From: an uncultured Phycisphaerales bacterium
Lineage (GTDB): Bacteria; Planctomycetota; Phycisphaerae; Tepidisphaerales; Tepidisphaeraceae
Assembly (NCBI GenBank): GCA_963758525.1
Contig: CAVWVQ010000003.1
Coordinates: 2,048,001-2,112,000, forward strand
Direction of reading: 5' to 3'
DNA length: 64,000 nt
Below the pieces are notes generated by a model, which saw only the letters and a list, made by a program, of their open reading frames with translations, made no database searches and was not told where the DNA came from. Shown here in pieces: positions 63,712-64,000 of the stretch (positions are counted from its first letter, which is position 1; every line of letters begins with the position of its first letter). The position numbers and the translations under genes were made by a program.

Positions 63712-64000
63712 ATGCAGATTGTCGACAGCAAGATTACTGACGTGAAGATCCTGGAGCCGCGCCGCATCTCCGATGTGCGCGGGTATTTCAGCGAGACGTA
63801 CAGCGAACGGTTGCTCCGGGCGGCGGGGATTCATGTCGCTTTTGTGCAGGACAATGAATCGCTCTCCGTGGAAAAGGGGGTCGTGCGCGGCCTGCACTAC
63901 CAGATTGCGCCGGCGGCACAGGCGAAGCTCATCCGGGTGGTCAGCGGGGCCATCCTCGACGTTGCCGTGGATATTCGCAGAAGCTCGCCGACGTTTGGAG
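63712..64000 (+). CDS. rfbC: dTDP-4-dehydrorhamnose 3,5-epimerase (partial, runs off window)
   Basis: Manual translation: MQIVDSKITDVKILEP...DVRGYFSETY...FVQDNESLS...RGLHYQ...QAKLIRVVSGAILDVAVDIRRSSPTFG. Confidence 0.93.
   Translation, partial: MQIVDSKITDVKILEPRRISDVRGYFSETYSERLLRAAGIHVAFVQDNESLSVEKGVVRGLHYQIAPAAQAKLIRVVSGAILDVAVDIRRSSPTFG

Overview
GC-rich bacterial window, inferred from gene content to be Planctomycetota (Phycisphaerae/Tepidisphaerales-like). It carries four prepilin/H-X9-DG (DUF1559-type) genes, a PEP-CTERM protein, DUF4159 paralogues and a DUF4058 remnant. 1-35.6 kb is mostly secreted carbohydrate-active enzymes (GH51-like, GH28, GH95-like, beta-helix, GH79-like, GH127, GtaA-like, GH2) interleaved with prepilin/PEP-CTERM modules; four intergenic sites at 8.7-14.8 kb share a fixed-spacing promoter-like motif. 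36-39.5 kb is a three-gene TRAFAC-GTPase/GAP1-N2-type putative conflict operon. The right half has GT4 genes, lipoproteins, a GH15-ferredoxin fusion, purB, an M48 protease, ArsR/SRPBCC, MBOAT and the start of an rml operon. The most unusual signal is a repeat family built around one intact GxxExxY (PD-(D/E)XK-like) gene at 39915-40298. The ORF sits in the loop of a 33-bp inverted repeat made of 10-bp GATGAACGCA units. Four internally deleted copies and one 3'-end fragment lie elsewhere in the window, and a second ~260-bp non-coding element has inserted twice at the same AC dinucleotide of that repeat. About a dozen genes are split by small indels, most likely sequencing/assembly error. No rRNA, tRNA or CRISPR array was recognised. 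All family assignments are by eye from motifs, not from database searches.
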